A DNA stretch of 64,000 nt from Balanoglossus misakiensis (GCA_040954595.2 CM082590.2:2480001-2544000), one strand, 5' to 3'. Numbered from the stretch's first letter, positions 1 through 11,101 are shown. Numbers and translations are program-made. Notes: a model not told the origin generated them from the letters alone.

Positions 1-1236
1 ATCTTCAGTCTCTCTACAATAGTTGTCAGATGGTTCGTCCACGGGCAATCTACTCAACATGTCCGCATAATTATTCTTTCCCTTGATATGGGTGATATGA
101 TAATCAAATTGTTGCATATATAACAGCCATCTCTCAATTCTAGCTGAAGGGGGCCTGGAGTTAGGGCTGAATACTTTCAATAAAGGCTTATGGTCAGTTC
201 TGACCTCAAAATGACTGCCTAGCAGAAACTGCTGAAGTTTCTCACATGCCCATTTAACTCCAAGCGCCTCTCGCTCAAACTGAGAGTACCTTGACTCAAC
301 ATGTGTAAGCTTTCTGCTAACATAGTACACTGGTTGATATGAACCATTACTTTGCATTTGTTCAGGGATTGCTCCAACACCAACGGGCGATGCATCAGAA
401 GTGACTCGAGTTTTAGCACCCTGCTTGAAATAAGCCATGAATGGACTTGTGGTCAATTTATGTTTGATGAGATTGAATACTTTCTCATGCTTGGGAAGCC
501 ATTTCCACTTTGCATCTTTGCGAGTCAAATCCCACAGTGGGCTTGTCACTGTTGCAAATTTATCGACATATTTTGAGCAAAATTGAGCCAGCCCCAAGAA
601 ACTTCTCAATTCTGATTTGTCAGTTGGCGTTCGAGCTTTTACAATAGCTTTGACCTTCTCATCAGTGAGTTTCATACCCTGGGCCGTCATCAAGTGACCC
701 ATGAATATCATACTGTCTCCTAGCTTACATTTTGTAAAGTTCAGCGTTAAACCATGCTCACTAAAACGCTTGATCACTTTCCCAACTCTGGCATGCAGCT
801 GCTCATAATTTTCAGCTACTACTCTAATATCATCATGCATGTTGTGGGCACCCTCACAGCCCTTCAAAACCTGGCTAATTAGATTTTGAAACTTTTCAGT
901 CGCCATGTTCACACCAAAAACTAAACGCTTGTAGCGATACAAAGAGTTGGGCCCTGAAAAGGTTGTAATATCCCTGCTCTTTTCATCGAGCTCAATTTGA
1001 TGGAAAGCCATATTCATATCAAGCTTGCAAAATACCTTGGCCCCTGAAATTTCCTCTAGCGTTTCATCCATGGTGGGAACAGGGTGTCTTTCCCTAACAA
1101 TGGCTTGATTTGCTTTTCTCATGTCCAGACATAGTCTGATATCCCCATCAGGCTTTTGTACTGTTACAAGGGGGTTGACCCAAGAGGTCGGACCCGAAAC
1201 CTTCTCTATTACTCCCAGCTTTTGAAGCTCGTTGAG
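1..1236 (-). CDS. pol: Pol: reverse transcriptase and RNase H (open to the window edge, frameshifted from gag-pro)
   Basis: Hand translation gives no stop: SWVNPLVTVQKPDGDIRLCLDMRKAN, KLDMNMAFHQI, YRYKRLVFG, HNMHDDI, LRSFLGL, TSDASPVGVGA, YSQFEREALG, VRTDHKPL, NYADMLSRLP. Confidence 0.92.
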
Positions 1237-2779
1237 TTTTTTCAACAACTTTAGCACGGCGGTTGAAAGGAATTCGCCGGTACTGGGCTATGGGTTTGAC
1301 ACTCTCATCAATATGCAAATGGAGCTTGTAGCCCTTTAACTTACCCAACCCATTAAATACCTCAGGATATTTCCTCCGCAATTCTGCAAGAATTGGCGAA
1401 GAATTATCAGCACATATTGAATTTATCGTGTACAGATTCACATTTCCAACTCTCAACATATCTAAATTCTCAGAAGTACTCCGACTCAACAAAATCGGTT
1501 GATCAGCCTTGATCACTATAAAATCAGCAATACATTTCTTTTTAGTAGGCGCTTCAACATGTAAGGCACATTTACCCAATATATCTAAAGGTTTACTAGA
1601 ACCATAGGTAAACACTTTATTGTTACAATTTCGAACTTTCACACCACGCTTTTCAGCAAGTCTGCGAAATTGTCTTTCACCAATGAGATTACATGTAGCA
1701 CCACTGTCGATGATAACCGGCACGTGTTGATTCTCGATCTGAATACCTGTATCAGTGAGGTCCTTCCCACTGGAAGCACGGAAAGCAGCATTGAAAGCAT
1801 AGTACGCTTTCTCCTCGTCAGTCTCGACGTCTGCATGGCCACCATCGGCGTTTGCATCAGTAGTCGTCTGAGCTACCTTGTGTGTACCGCGACCATCACC
1901 ACGCGTACGGCCACGTCCACGTGCGCTGCGGTTACCACCACTGCCTCGACTGTTGCCATTTTCACTGTCTTTAGACGGACAGTCTTCCCACTTAGCACGA
2001 CAGTCTGCAGCTCTGTGTCCCGGTTTTTGACATCGGAAACACCGGTCGGATTTTTGTTCGGCATTGCGAGAACTACCACTTGTACTGGCGCGACATTCAC
2101 GTTGCATGTGACCTTTCCTTCCACAACGGAAACAGGCTAAGTCCGCCATTTTGTTTTTGGCGCGCGTACGTTTACCGCCAATATTGACTGCATTTGCACT
2201 CACAGCTTGAGTACCAGACACCAAAACTAGTGCATCTTTGTCGTGATACGACCGTATGATTTGTAGTAGTTTGGTAGTGTCCAAATTCTTTTCACGATAC
2301 AGCTTGCTTTTTAGCACCTTGTCGCTGATGTAGAGCAAGACACGATCTCTTATCTGGTTGTCTTTTTCCGTCTCGGGAAAATCACAGTCTTTCAGTAGGT
2401 TCTTGAGACGTATTACGTAGCTGTCGACCGTCTCCCCGGACGTGGGAGTTGCGCTGTAAAACTTCTGTCTCGCCATAGGAACGTTTTTCTGCAGTTGAAA
2501 GTGTTTATCCAAACATGCTATCAACGTTGCGCAGTTTGTGACGTCACCAGTTTCATCTTCAGATTTAGTGCTAACAATGTCTCTGATGCCCGCTCCAGCC
2601 ATGTGCAAAAGTAAGGCACGCTTCTGCGCATTATTTGAAACACCAGAAGCTGCTACGAACAGTTCAAATTCCTGAAGCCAACGCTCCCACCTTTGCTGAA
2701 GAGCCTCCGGTTCGCCTTCACAGTCGAATCCCGCCACTCCTGGCAGTCCGGACAGCGTTACGGGTGTAGACATTTTCAT
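1237..2779 (-). CDS. gag: Gag-protease part of the Gypsy polyprotein
   Basis: ORF 1148..2779 has a capsid-like N-terminus, knuckles CFRCGRKGHMQREC and CFRCQKPGHRAADC, the aspartic protease motif VIIDSGATCN and the RT lead-in YPEVFNGLGKLK...RRIPF. Its last ~30 aa are out of frame after the A-run at 1237-1242. Confidence 0.9.
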
Positions 2780-2862
2780 GCACTCAAATCACGGCTAAAA
2801 AGTCACCAAATCTCGTAAAGGTTGCTTGCGTATGTTCTTCGATAGTTAATTTAGACAACTAA

Positions 2863-2875
2863 ATCCTCGTCGCCA
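2863..2875 (-). promoter_or_regulatory. Primer binding site complementary to the 3' end of tRNA-Ser(GCT)
   Basis: TGGCGACGAGGAT on the minus strand just after the LTR matches the 3' end ATCCTCGTCG-CCA of metazoan tRNA-Ser(GCT) as I recall it. Confidence 0.8.
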
Positions 2876-2879
2876 TTTA

Positions 2880-3033
2880 TGTGATGTCCGGGGAGGGGTT
2901 ATTGACAGTCGACAACGACGGAGTTCCACAGAAGTGATGTTTATTGAATGACAACCACGCGGGAACTAACAGTTACAGGAAATCACGTATACAGACCATG
3001 TGACAATCACGTGATCATGACAATACTATCACA
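2880..3033 (-). repeat. 5' LTR (154 bp)
   Basis: Bounded by the inverted termini TGTGAT...ATCACA, contains AATAAA on the minus strand (2940-2945) and lies 4 nt from the PBS. The partner LTR is outside the window. Confidence 0.8.
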
Positions 3034-3291
3034 ATGATCTGATATAAACTGATGGTTCATAACTATTCACCATAGACCTGAACTTGTTTGTGACATTTAC
3101 TGATGCAAATAACAACTGCACAATTTGAATATTGCCATAACTATTTTCAAAGGTAGTTTGACACCCACCCCACCCAAAATGATAGAAGGATCAGTTAGTA
3201 ACATTCTATACCCTTACATTTTTATGTGTCAGTGTCACACATATTTAGAAGATAAATGAAAACTGAATACAAGAATAAAAGTTTGTCTAAC

Positions 3292-3368
3292 CTTTATGAT
3301 CTTCTTTGACAAGTTCTTGGCAGCATGCCAAATGTCATGAGAATGTTTTATGTCTGGGTGATCGTCTC
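3292..3368 (-). CDS. Transposase exon 10 (DxxH motif)
   Basis: RDDHPDIKHSHDIWHAAKNLSKKIIK with acceptor TTATAG and donor AAG|GTTAGA. Confidence 0.85.
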
Positions 3369-5636
3369 CTATAAGAGTGGGTAAATGTGATTACAAATGG
3401 AGCTTCAAAATGACAGTGTTATGATTGCCAAATACATTATCTCAGAAAAACAAAATCAACATTGACCTGTATAACAGCTTTGCTTTTGGCATTTCAAAGC
3501 AACATATAACCCAAGTTAAGATGGGTCCCTAGGATCTTTTTGCTCGTTGCTATGGGCCTTTATAGGACACTACACTCAATTTTGATCGAAACCGTTATGA
3601 ACGTCCGACAAGGGGCTTGTAACTAGTTAAAAATACGCACGATTGTGTGCACACCCCCTGTCCGAGTATGGTTACGGCAGCTACCGCCCGGCCATAGGCC
3701 GCCACGCTAATACGGCAAAGCAGCAGTCACCGATAGCGTGCGCGTCCTGTAACCACAGTAACTGGATCGAACGCTAAAAATCCAATGTTTTGTACACAGA
3801 GATTTTGTACCGTTCACGAAAATCCCTAAGGCTTTTTTCATAGGCGACGTAGGCCAGCCAAATTTGACCTGCTTGTTGAGAACGCACTTCCGCATAGTGT
3901 GACGGATCGTTTTTTCGGTTTTCGTCGTGCTAAGAAGCGATACCGGTGGAAGAGTGCGTCCAAAAACACCCACAATCGATGACTTTTTCAGGTGTGGTAC
4001 GGGTATGCTGAAATCGTAGGATACAACGATAATATTCGAAAACAAAATCCGTCACGATCTTCCCTGGTTCAAGCAACTAATGAATACGTATCAAGTTCGT
4101 TTTTGAGGTCACGGAATAAAAAGCCTTAGGCTTTTGAAATTTGACCTAGCTAATTTGCATATCAATGGCGTCAGGGGGCGCGCGCTCACAATCGTGCAGA
4201 TTTTCAACTAGTTACCAGCCCCTTGTTAGACTCTGAAAACGGCTTAGTCCAAATCGGGGTGTAATGTCCTATAAAGGCCCATAGCAACGGGCAAAAAGAT
4301 CCTAGGGACCCATCTTAAAATCATAAAATTACACTTACTCATCAGAGCTGTAATCTGCATGTGGGCATCTGTTACGACTTCTTTGACATTTACACCTTTC
4401 TCCTGAAGCTGGTTTAGACTTTTAACAAGGCAGGCCTTTTCCATGTTTGTTGACTTCTTCTCTGTTTCTCTTTTGTCCATGGTTATTATCGACAGAATTT
4501 TCTTGGTGGTTTCCTCCATCACAGTATAGGTGCAATATTGCGCACAAAAACCCGGGGAATCCATTCGCCCATCACCTGAGACATAATCAAGTAAATATGT
4601 CAGTCAAATTATACATAAGTATGCATAAGTGAGAACATTTCCAATTCAATGATTTTACAATGAGTATGAAATGATGCAAATGAGGAAGTAAATGCCACCA
4701 AATAATAACTATTGTATTCTCTTTTCTAAATCAGCAGAATAGAGTGTGTAAGTATAAACTTTTAGACATAAATTACAAGTGCATTGGCAGACATGTGATG
4801 GATAATCAGTGGGGTGAGCCAATCAGATTAGGTGCGTGTCATTAACAATGAAGCTAAAAACTTACCCAGTAAAACAAGTTCTTGGCCATCAAATGAATCA
4901 ATGATGTCTTGTTGTTGTCGTATCCAAAATTCATCAAGACATGGTATTAGATAAGCTTTCTGAATTCTATTGTAAGTATTCTGGGAGCAAATTCTGAGTG
5001 ACAGAATGCTTGCCAAAAAATTAATTTTGGCATAATTATTACCAGACAATAGAATGGCAGCTGCTGTGAAGAGATCACCACTATGAAGTCTCCTGTTCAA
5101 AATTGGTTGTGAACACCATTCGTACTCAAGGTGACCAGCTGAGCATTCCTGAAAAAAAAAAGTTTAAAGATTCATGCTTATTTGATCATTTCATGTTGAT
5201 TTCTCCAAGACACGATAAAACAGATGGTAATACCGATAACTTTGTAATTTCAGTTGACTATTGTTTTTTATTATAAACCTAAAGGAACAATGTGCACCCA
5301 CATAGGATTATAACTAGAGTTTCCTGTTCATCTAAATAATACTGGCATAGTGATTGTCCATACAATGCACACTACAGTTGGTATAGTTTAACAATAATTG
5401 TCAAGAATATACCATATTTAGTTCACACTCACCCACTTTAGATATAAAGCTGAGCCAACAAACTTTGAAGTAGAGGATATCAATCCACTGCAAGACTTCA
5501 ATGCACAGACTTGCCTAATAGATTTTTTGCCAAGGGCCAGAAGCTGGTTCAAAAAAAACAGACATGTTGTAGAGTCACCAAGGAGGCTTTCCCCATCTTC
5601 TTCTGTGACAACTCTCTGCAGACCCGGTGATGGTGT

Positions 5637-5682
<46 letters not shown>

Positions 5683-8600
5683 CCACCGTCACTTTCAATA
5701 TCGTCATCACCAATGGCAGGAACCACCTGCACGCCATTAGTTCTGAGAAATGGACAAAAAATCCTAACAATGCTCATGACTTGTCCATCAGAGTTTGTCA
5801 GTCAGCTGTTAGTACAAATGTTGTAAGTTGATGTTTCATTCATAAAAGAAAATTTATCATATATATGAATTTTAGCGTCCAACACTTAGGCTTTTTTTAA
5901 CCATGAGGATATTTTGCCTTCCATTTGTACCCATCCAATAAGGAACTTTGATGATAGTGATAAATGCGCACTTACATTATAGAAATATCAAAGCTGGGCT
6001 CATAGTCATAATCATCATCGTCACATAGGTTCATGTCTTCCTCTTTGTCTTCCTCAGAAATATCAATGCTCAACCTGGTAGTAATAAAACCAAGGAATTA
6101 ATCTGAATAGTGGGACAATGCTGCTCACTAAAAATACATATAGTCACTCATAAGCACAAAAAAGAAAGAAAACATTTCCCATGAATTTAAGTACAAGCAA
6201 ATGTTCTGACACACGTGATGCATGTCATGAAACTGATTTTCCCAACAAATTTAAATTTAGTGTAACAGGAGAAAAGAAGCAATCGAAAAGGCTTGCTCAA
6301 GCAAGGGATACATGCATGCCGTATATGACAATAGAATAAGGAAAACTTACTCAAATGGATTGATGAAAGACTCAGACAAATTTCTTGGAAATCTTACACG
6401 GCCGCTGGAGAAAAAAATGACAAAATAGGCACACATGAGACGGCAATATGTACTGAACTAATTTACAGCTGTGAACTAAATATAACACACATGAAAATTG
6501 AACTCTGAAACAAAGTGACAGGGGCACACAGGGACAGCAGCATCACTGCTTATTTTTACAGGTTCCTCTCTATCTTGGTTTCACACAAGTAAATTTAGGG
6601 TGCTTGGTAAACATTTGCCATTTTGCTTTCTAAGAAATATTTTCATGTTGATAGCTACACAGAATAACTTATTCACACAAGCATAAGCAAGGGAGTTAGA
6701 AATTAGTACATTTACATGTATGTAAAGCAGTCGCTCCTGCTTTTGTCCTAAAGCAGGAGATTAATGTTTATCACAAAAGGTACAAAAGAGGGGGGAAAGC
6801 CACATTTCACTATAAAAGTTTACCTAACTACAGTTTATCTTCAGATTATTAGAATCTCACACTCCCAAGGACCTGGGATCACATTTCTCACAAGAGTTGG
6901 GGATTTTCTGTCCCACACGAGCCGCAGGCTCGTGTGGGACAGAATATCCCCGACGAGTGTGAGAAATATGATCCCAGGTCCTTGGTGTGTGAGATTCTTT
7001 TTCTCACACGGTCACAAATTAGCCAAGTTCGTTAAAAACATTGAATAAATGACTCTGGAATTGTTGTCTGGGGGCACGTTGTAGTCTCTGTGCCTGTAAT
7101 ACACATCGCGCCATTGGATAACATTTAGTGCGCGTAGCGACAGAACACTTTGTCAACCAATCAGCACTCACGTCATATACAGCTTTCTATTCAGTGAGAT
7201 TGTGAGAACAATTTGTTCCCACACTCTGTTCTCACACTCCCAGCGTACGGGGAGTGTAAGAAAAGATAGTGTCATACCTTTCACTTTGTACTGGCTGTGA
7301 TGGGCCTTCTGTAGATTCCATAGGTTTCTCTTGTGATGATTCTCCTATCTCCTGAACATCTATCTCTGCAATTCCAGAGATGGAAGAAACCCTGTACAAA
7401 GAAAAAAAAGACTAAAATTTGATACATGACAAACTAGGTCTGCACAAACGTTGTAGGTTCCAGTTCCCCCTAATCCCCCAACCAGTAAGCAGTGAAAAAC
7501 CTATGTTTGCTGGATTAAAACCATAGACGTGAATGTCTTGGTCAACACACTGAATAAATTGTATAGGATGATTTTGGTTGTTTATTGGAGGGCAAATGTC
7601 AGGTATACTTCGCCATTGTTATGTTGATTATTGTCACCTGAGAGTTTGAGCAGAGGCTTTTCCTCATACTACAGATTGTGGCTAGAAGCATTGAAATTAT
7701 CATGTAATGTAAAAAAACAGTGCTTAAACACCTACCTGACTGATGATATTTCTGATGCAACTAATTCTTCTAAATTTTTTTCGATATCACAAAGATGGCC
7801 ATTTCCTGGCGTTGATGTCATAGGAAAAGTTTGGGTGGCTTGTCCTTGATCATCACGTTGCCTATAAATTTTAAGAAACAAATATATACTTTTAGGTATT
7901 CCCATCTATCACACAGATAACTATGTGGAATGCAACATTTCATTGTTTCATTTCTATAAATTATATTACGGACACAATTACTTTTCATGAGCCATAAAAA
8001 CATGTCACCTCTTTAAAACAATATACATCATGTATACTGCAAGAGCCCCATCAAATATGAAAATCTATTGTGTACTATACAAAGCTCAAAGTATCATGAT
8101 CAAAATTTATTTGGTACCTAGTTTCCATAGACGGTGCAAATACTTGCAGTGTTTCTTGGCCACTTGGAGATGATGCAGGCCTGGTAAATTCTGCATCTGT
8201 TGTTGCTGTAACTTGATGTTCATAATACCTGTCCACACAAATAATAAGACACAATGAACCTTTTTTGCCTTTACAATGGCTTGTTTACGTAGCCAATTTC
8301 TGTCTTTAGAATGGATTACACACAGCCATAATTTGCCTCAGAGGACATGTTACAGACACGTAAGGTGAGAATAAGATAACTACGAGAAAATAGCCAAATT
8401 TTTCTTCAGTTCATATACAGCTCAAGAAATGTACACAACTGGCTATAACAAAACGGAAGTTGTAGCAGAACAAAGAACAACCAAATTCCGCTATAAGCAT
8501 ATTGTCTCGTATGTTCGATAACAGTAATACATGTAGATTGTCCGGAGGAAAAAAAAGAAAAAAAAAAAAAATTGCAGTACCGTACAATTTATCTCGCATA

Positions 8601-9051
8601 GTCATACATTGATACAAACGGTCCAGCGTACTACATACAACTGCTGGTCGAGGGCGAGGTATGCGCTGGGCAAAATCACTAAGTGAAATACGACTTGAAA
8701 CAGCACATTTAGAATTACATTGAGATGATGCTCGCAGTGATTCTGTGAGACACAGATTCTAAATTCATGTACACAATTCATGCCGTATCTTTGGCTATGG
8801 AGTACGTACACAGTGAATGCACGAATATGTACTTACCGGTCGATCAGTACCTTTGCGACCTGGCGGTTCGTTTCCAATACCAAGGAGCGTTTGATTTCAT
8901 TCCAACGATGAATTTCCGAGAAAATGTTTATCTGACCTACTTGTTTCAGCAATTGTTTACGTTTTTTTGCCGAAGCAGTGGTTTGTGGGCGGCCACGAGC
9001 ACGTTTACGTTTACCACTGCTACTGGGAACAGACGCCAAAGCATCCGCCAT
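3292..9051 (-). CDS. Intron-containing Kolobok-like DDE transposase, first 10 exons (542 codons); 3' exons lie beyond the Gypsy insertion
   Basis: Exons 9051-8837, 8228-8118, 7861-7736, 7391-7278, 6404-6351, 6074-5976, 5742-5433, 5148-4866, 4575-4339 and 3368-3292 all have GT-AG junctions, compatible phases and no stop. Motifs are LKWECSAGH..WCSQP, LLGDGRMDSPGFCAQYCTY, STNMEK, VVTDAH and HSHDIWH. Confidence 0.85.
3520..4314. mobile_element. Non-autonomous TIR element (795 bp) with TTAA TSD, Kolobok-like, in transposase intron 9
   Basis: TTAA at 3516-3519 and 4315-4318. The near-perfect 56 bp TIR GATGGGTCCCTAGGATCTTTTTGC... extends imperfectly to ~140 bp (3608-3660 vs 4172-4226). Confidence 0.9.
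4339..4575 (-). CDS. Transposase exon 9 (two catalytic Asp motifs)
   Basis: GDGRMDSPGFCAQYCTY...VVTDAH with acceptor CTCAG and donor A|GTAAGT. Confidence 0.9.
4866..5148 (-). CDS. Transposase exon 8
   Basis: Acceptor T-run-CAG and donor G|GTAAGT; translates as ECSAGHLEYEWCSQP...AAAILLSGNNYAKI...ELVLL. Confidence 0.87.
5433..5742 (-). CDS. Transposase exon 7 (poly-Asp tract and CxxxxC)
   Basis: Acceptor TTTCTCAG and donor TGG|GTGAGT; corresponds to ORF 5418..5777. Confidence 0.8.
5638..5682. repeat. (TCA)15 microsatellite encoding poly-Asp
   Basis: Seen directly inside exon 7. Confidence 0.95.
6836..7268. mobile_element. Hairpin-ended non-autonomous element (Crypton-like architecture) in transposase intron 4
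   Basis: A 148 bp palindrome at 6851-6998 is centred on GCC-GCA-GGC. The adjacent TTTTCTCACAC is inverted at the far end (GTGTAAGAAAA). The family assignment is inference. Confidence 0.6.
8837..9051 (-). CDS. Transposase exon 1 (basic NLS/AT-hook-like RGRP plus helical domain)
   Basis: MADALAS...KRKRARGRP...INIFSEIHRWNEIK...VAKVLIDR, ending at the donor CG|GTAAGT. Confidence 0.8.
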
Positions 9052-9671
9052 GACTGTCGCTACAGCTATAATTATATGTATGACGTTTCATTTTGTGTAT
9101 ATACCCTTGCACATGCGCACATTGGTAATGATCGAAGCCCGGCCCGCGTCCGCGCTCGAATAAATGGTAAAGAACGATTATTCATTTTGGTGATTTTTTT
9201 ACTCTCGTGTCTACAAGCGGGATGGAACTTGTGTGTGGTCGAACGTTGATTCACTATATATCAACATTTAAAATAACATACACAGTGTCTTGAATGAATC
9301 AAAATTAATGGAAAAAAGGCAAAAAGAGAGAGACTTTGTCCCTTTAAGTCAAAGGCTGATATTTCTCACTGTGTGTGACCAGGGTATCATTTTAAACACA
9401 GACTGGACTTTGACTACTGTGTCCAATGGAAAAAATACATCAGCATCTATGTCTGCAAAAAGGTGTCAAAACTGACATATCTTATCATGTATGTCATCAA
9501 ACTCAAAGGATAATATCTTCATTTTATGTGACCTGCCTGGTTAAAGTTTACCGCCAACATTTCACCATGCTTTACCCACCCACCCATGGCACAGTGTGTC
9601 AAATCCAATATTTGGTTCGATGAATGAACCATGAAAGTTTCCGAATTGGTACTACCCGAAAACTGCATGGC

Positions 9672-10300
9672 AAGCTAAATTTGGAATTTGGATGGGGTGG
9701 GGAGGTAAAGCTAACCTAACGTACAGTCGTTTAGATTTAACATTATGCCTGTGAGTTACATGTTAATATTTTCTGCATGTCTGTCGCGTACAATGCGTCG
9801 GTGCGGAAAAATGATCACAGGTACTATTCAGAAGAATTCCGCTGAATCATGGTGACGATGTGCATGGAAAAATCCTGATTATGATCTAACTGATAAACAA
9901 TAGCATGATAAAATATACACATTAACCAATGAATGAACCATCGTGAAGATTGTGCCCCAACACTTATTTAAGCTTTTATCATTATTATACCTTTGTCATT
10001 ACTAAATATATCAACAGCCCTGTACACCAAAGCTATCACCACATTTGTTAACCTTTATTACACCATTCATATGAAACCCTTCACCATCATCAACCTCTAT
10101 TATATTCATTGTTTTGGCCCATTATAATCTGTGTACCCTCAATTTTACCACAAACCATCACCACATTAGTTAACTGTTTATTAAACACTTCCACATGTGT
10201 TGCCCATTATTATACCATTGAAATTTATAAATCGATCATCATACCTATCATACAAGCAATTGCTGATTGCTGTTAACCCTTGTGTACCACAAGCCATTAT
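9672..10300 (+). repeat. Dispersed repeat copy A, homologous to 32848-33580
   Basis: Both copies share AAGCTAAATTTGGAATTTGGATGGGGTGGGGAGG...CTGTCGCGTACAATG...AATATACACATTAACCAATGAAT, followed by a low-complexity ATTATACC/TTAACCC tract. Confidence 0.75.
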
Positions 10301-10795
10301 CATGAAATAGGCAACATGAATTTCACATAACACAGTTTGTCAGCTCTGAGAATATTGTTCTCAGGACCATGTCCCACGCTTAATAAAAGTGTTGTGTATG
10401 TGGTACAGTTTAGATTCCTTGTCAGATTTCCCATAACACAGTTCGTGAGCCCCGAAAAGTACCATAACACAATTCTCATGAACATCTCCCATGATCAATA
10501 AAAGTGTTGTGTGTAGCATAGTCATTTTTCCGTTTGCTGTGACATTTGTCTCCGTGTGAGAGTTTAAGTAAATGTGGAAACACGCAATTTAGGCAACATC
10601 AATATCCCGTACAGAATTCAGTGTGTTTTGTTCGCATTTTTGGTTGCCATTTTGAAAATGAACAAAGGACTTTCCATTGACCAACACCCGTATGAATACG
10701 TCCAAATTACCCAACTTTAATATTCCTTAAATAATTGGTCAGCTGTGCAAATATTTTTCACCTGACCACTTCCTTTGCTAAGCAAGAGTGTTTTT

Positions 10796-10935
10796 TATGT
10801 AATAATATTAATATAATATTTATAACGTATGTAGCACATTAAATCTCAATGTGCTTTAAAGTTGTCCCATGGTCATTTGATTTAGGTCGTTGGACATAAA
10901 TATTCCATTCAACTCCCTGGGGAGCAAACAACATC
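10796..10935 (-). mobile_element. SINE 3' half, joined to a partial satellite monomer (10944-11040)
   Basis: Homologous to 11503-11655 and 13443-13575. Confidence 0.65.
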
Positions 10936-11101
10936 TCACCATCTTTAGAAATGTCAAATTACAGTGCTTTTGGCCACGTATTAACCTGGGGATTTACAGT
11001 TAACTTTAAATACACATGCATATGCATTTAATCCCCATGTGACTATAAAACAGTTTGTAAATGTGAATATGTCCACATTACACAACTTGAATTTTACTTA
11101 A

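Larger units (their letters stand above)
1..3033 (-). mobile_element. Gypsy/Ty3 LTR retrotransposon (Mag-like, short LTR), 5' half; runs off the left edge
   Basis: On the minus strand the order is LTR, PBS, gag with two CCHC knuckles, protease (IDSGAT), RT, RNase H. RT follows protease directly, so integrase must lie downstream, which is the Gypsy order. Confidence 0.95.
1..9343 (-). mobile_element. Kolobok-type DNA transposon (autonomous type); one terminus at 9343, the other outside the window
   Basis: The terminus reads TTAA|AGGGACAAAGTCTCTC on the minus strand (TTAA at 9344-9347), 292 bp upstream of the transposase ATG. The terminal ~180 bp is homologous to both arms of the TTAA MITE at 11102-11432. 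Confidence 0.75.

Noticed and set aside
1237-1242. Programmed ribosomal frameshift
   Set aside because: It lies inside RT rather than between gag and pol and needs a +1 correction in a homopolymer, so mutation or sequencing error is simpler.
2780-2800. Splicing of transposase exon 10 to gag via the CTTTTTAG acceptor (fusion protein)
   Set aside because: A phase-0 join gives CCG TGA, an immediate stop.
3707-4045. 112 aa ORF inside the TIR element
   Set aside because: It has a non-ATG start and no recognisable motif, so it is a chance ORF in a GC-richer MITE.
5527-5826. Poly-Ser and poly-Met ORFs
   Set aside because: These are alternative frames of the (TCA)n tract; only the poly-Asp frame fits the spliced gene.
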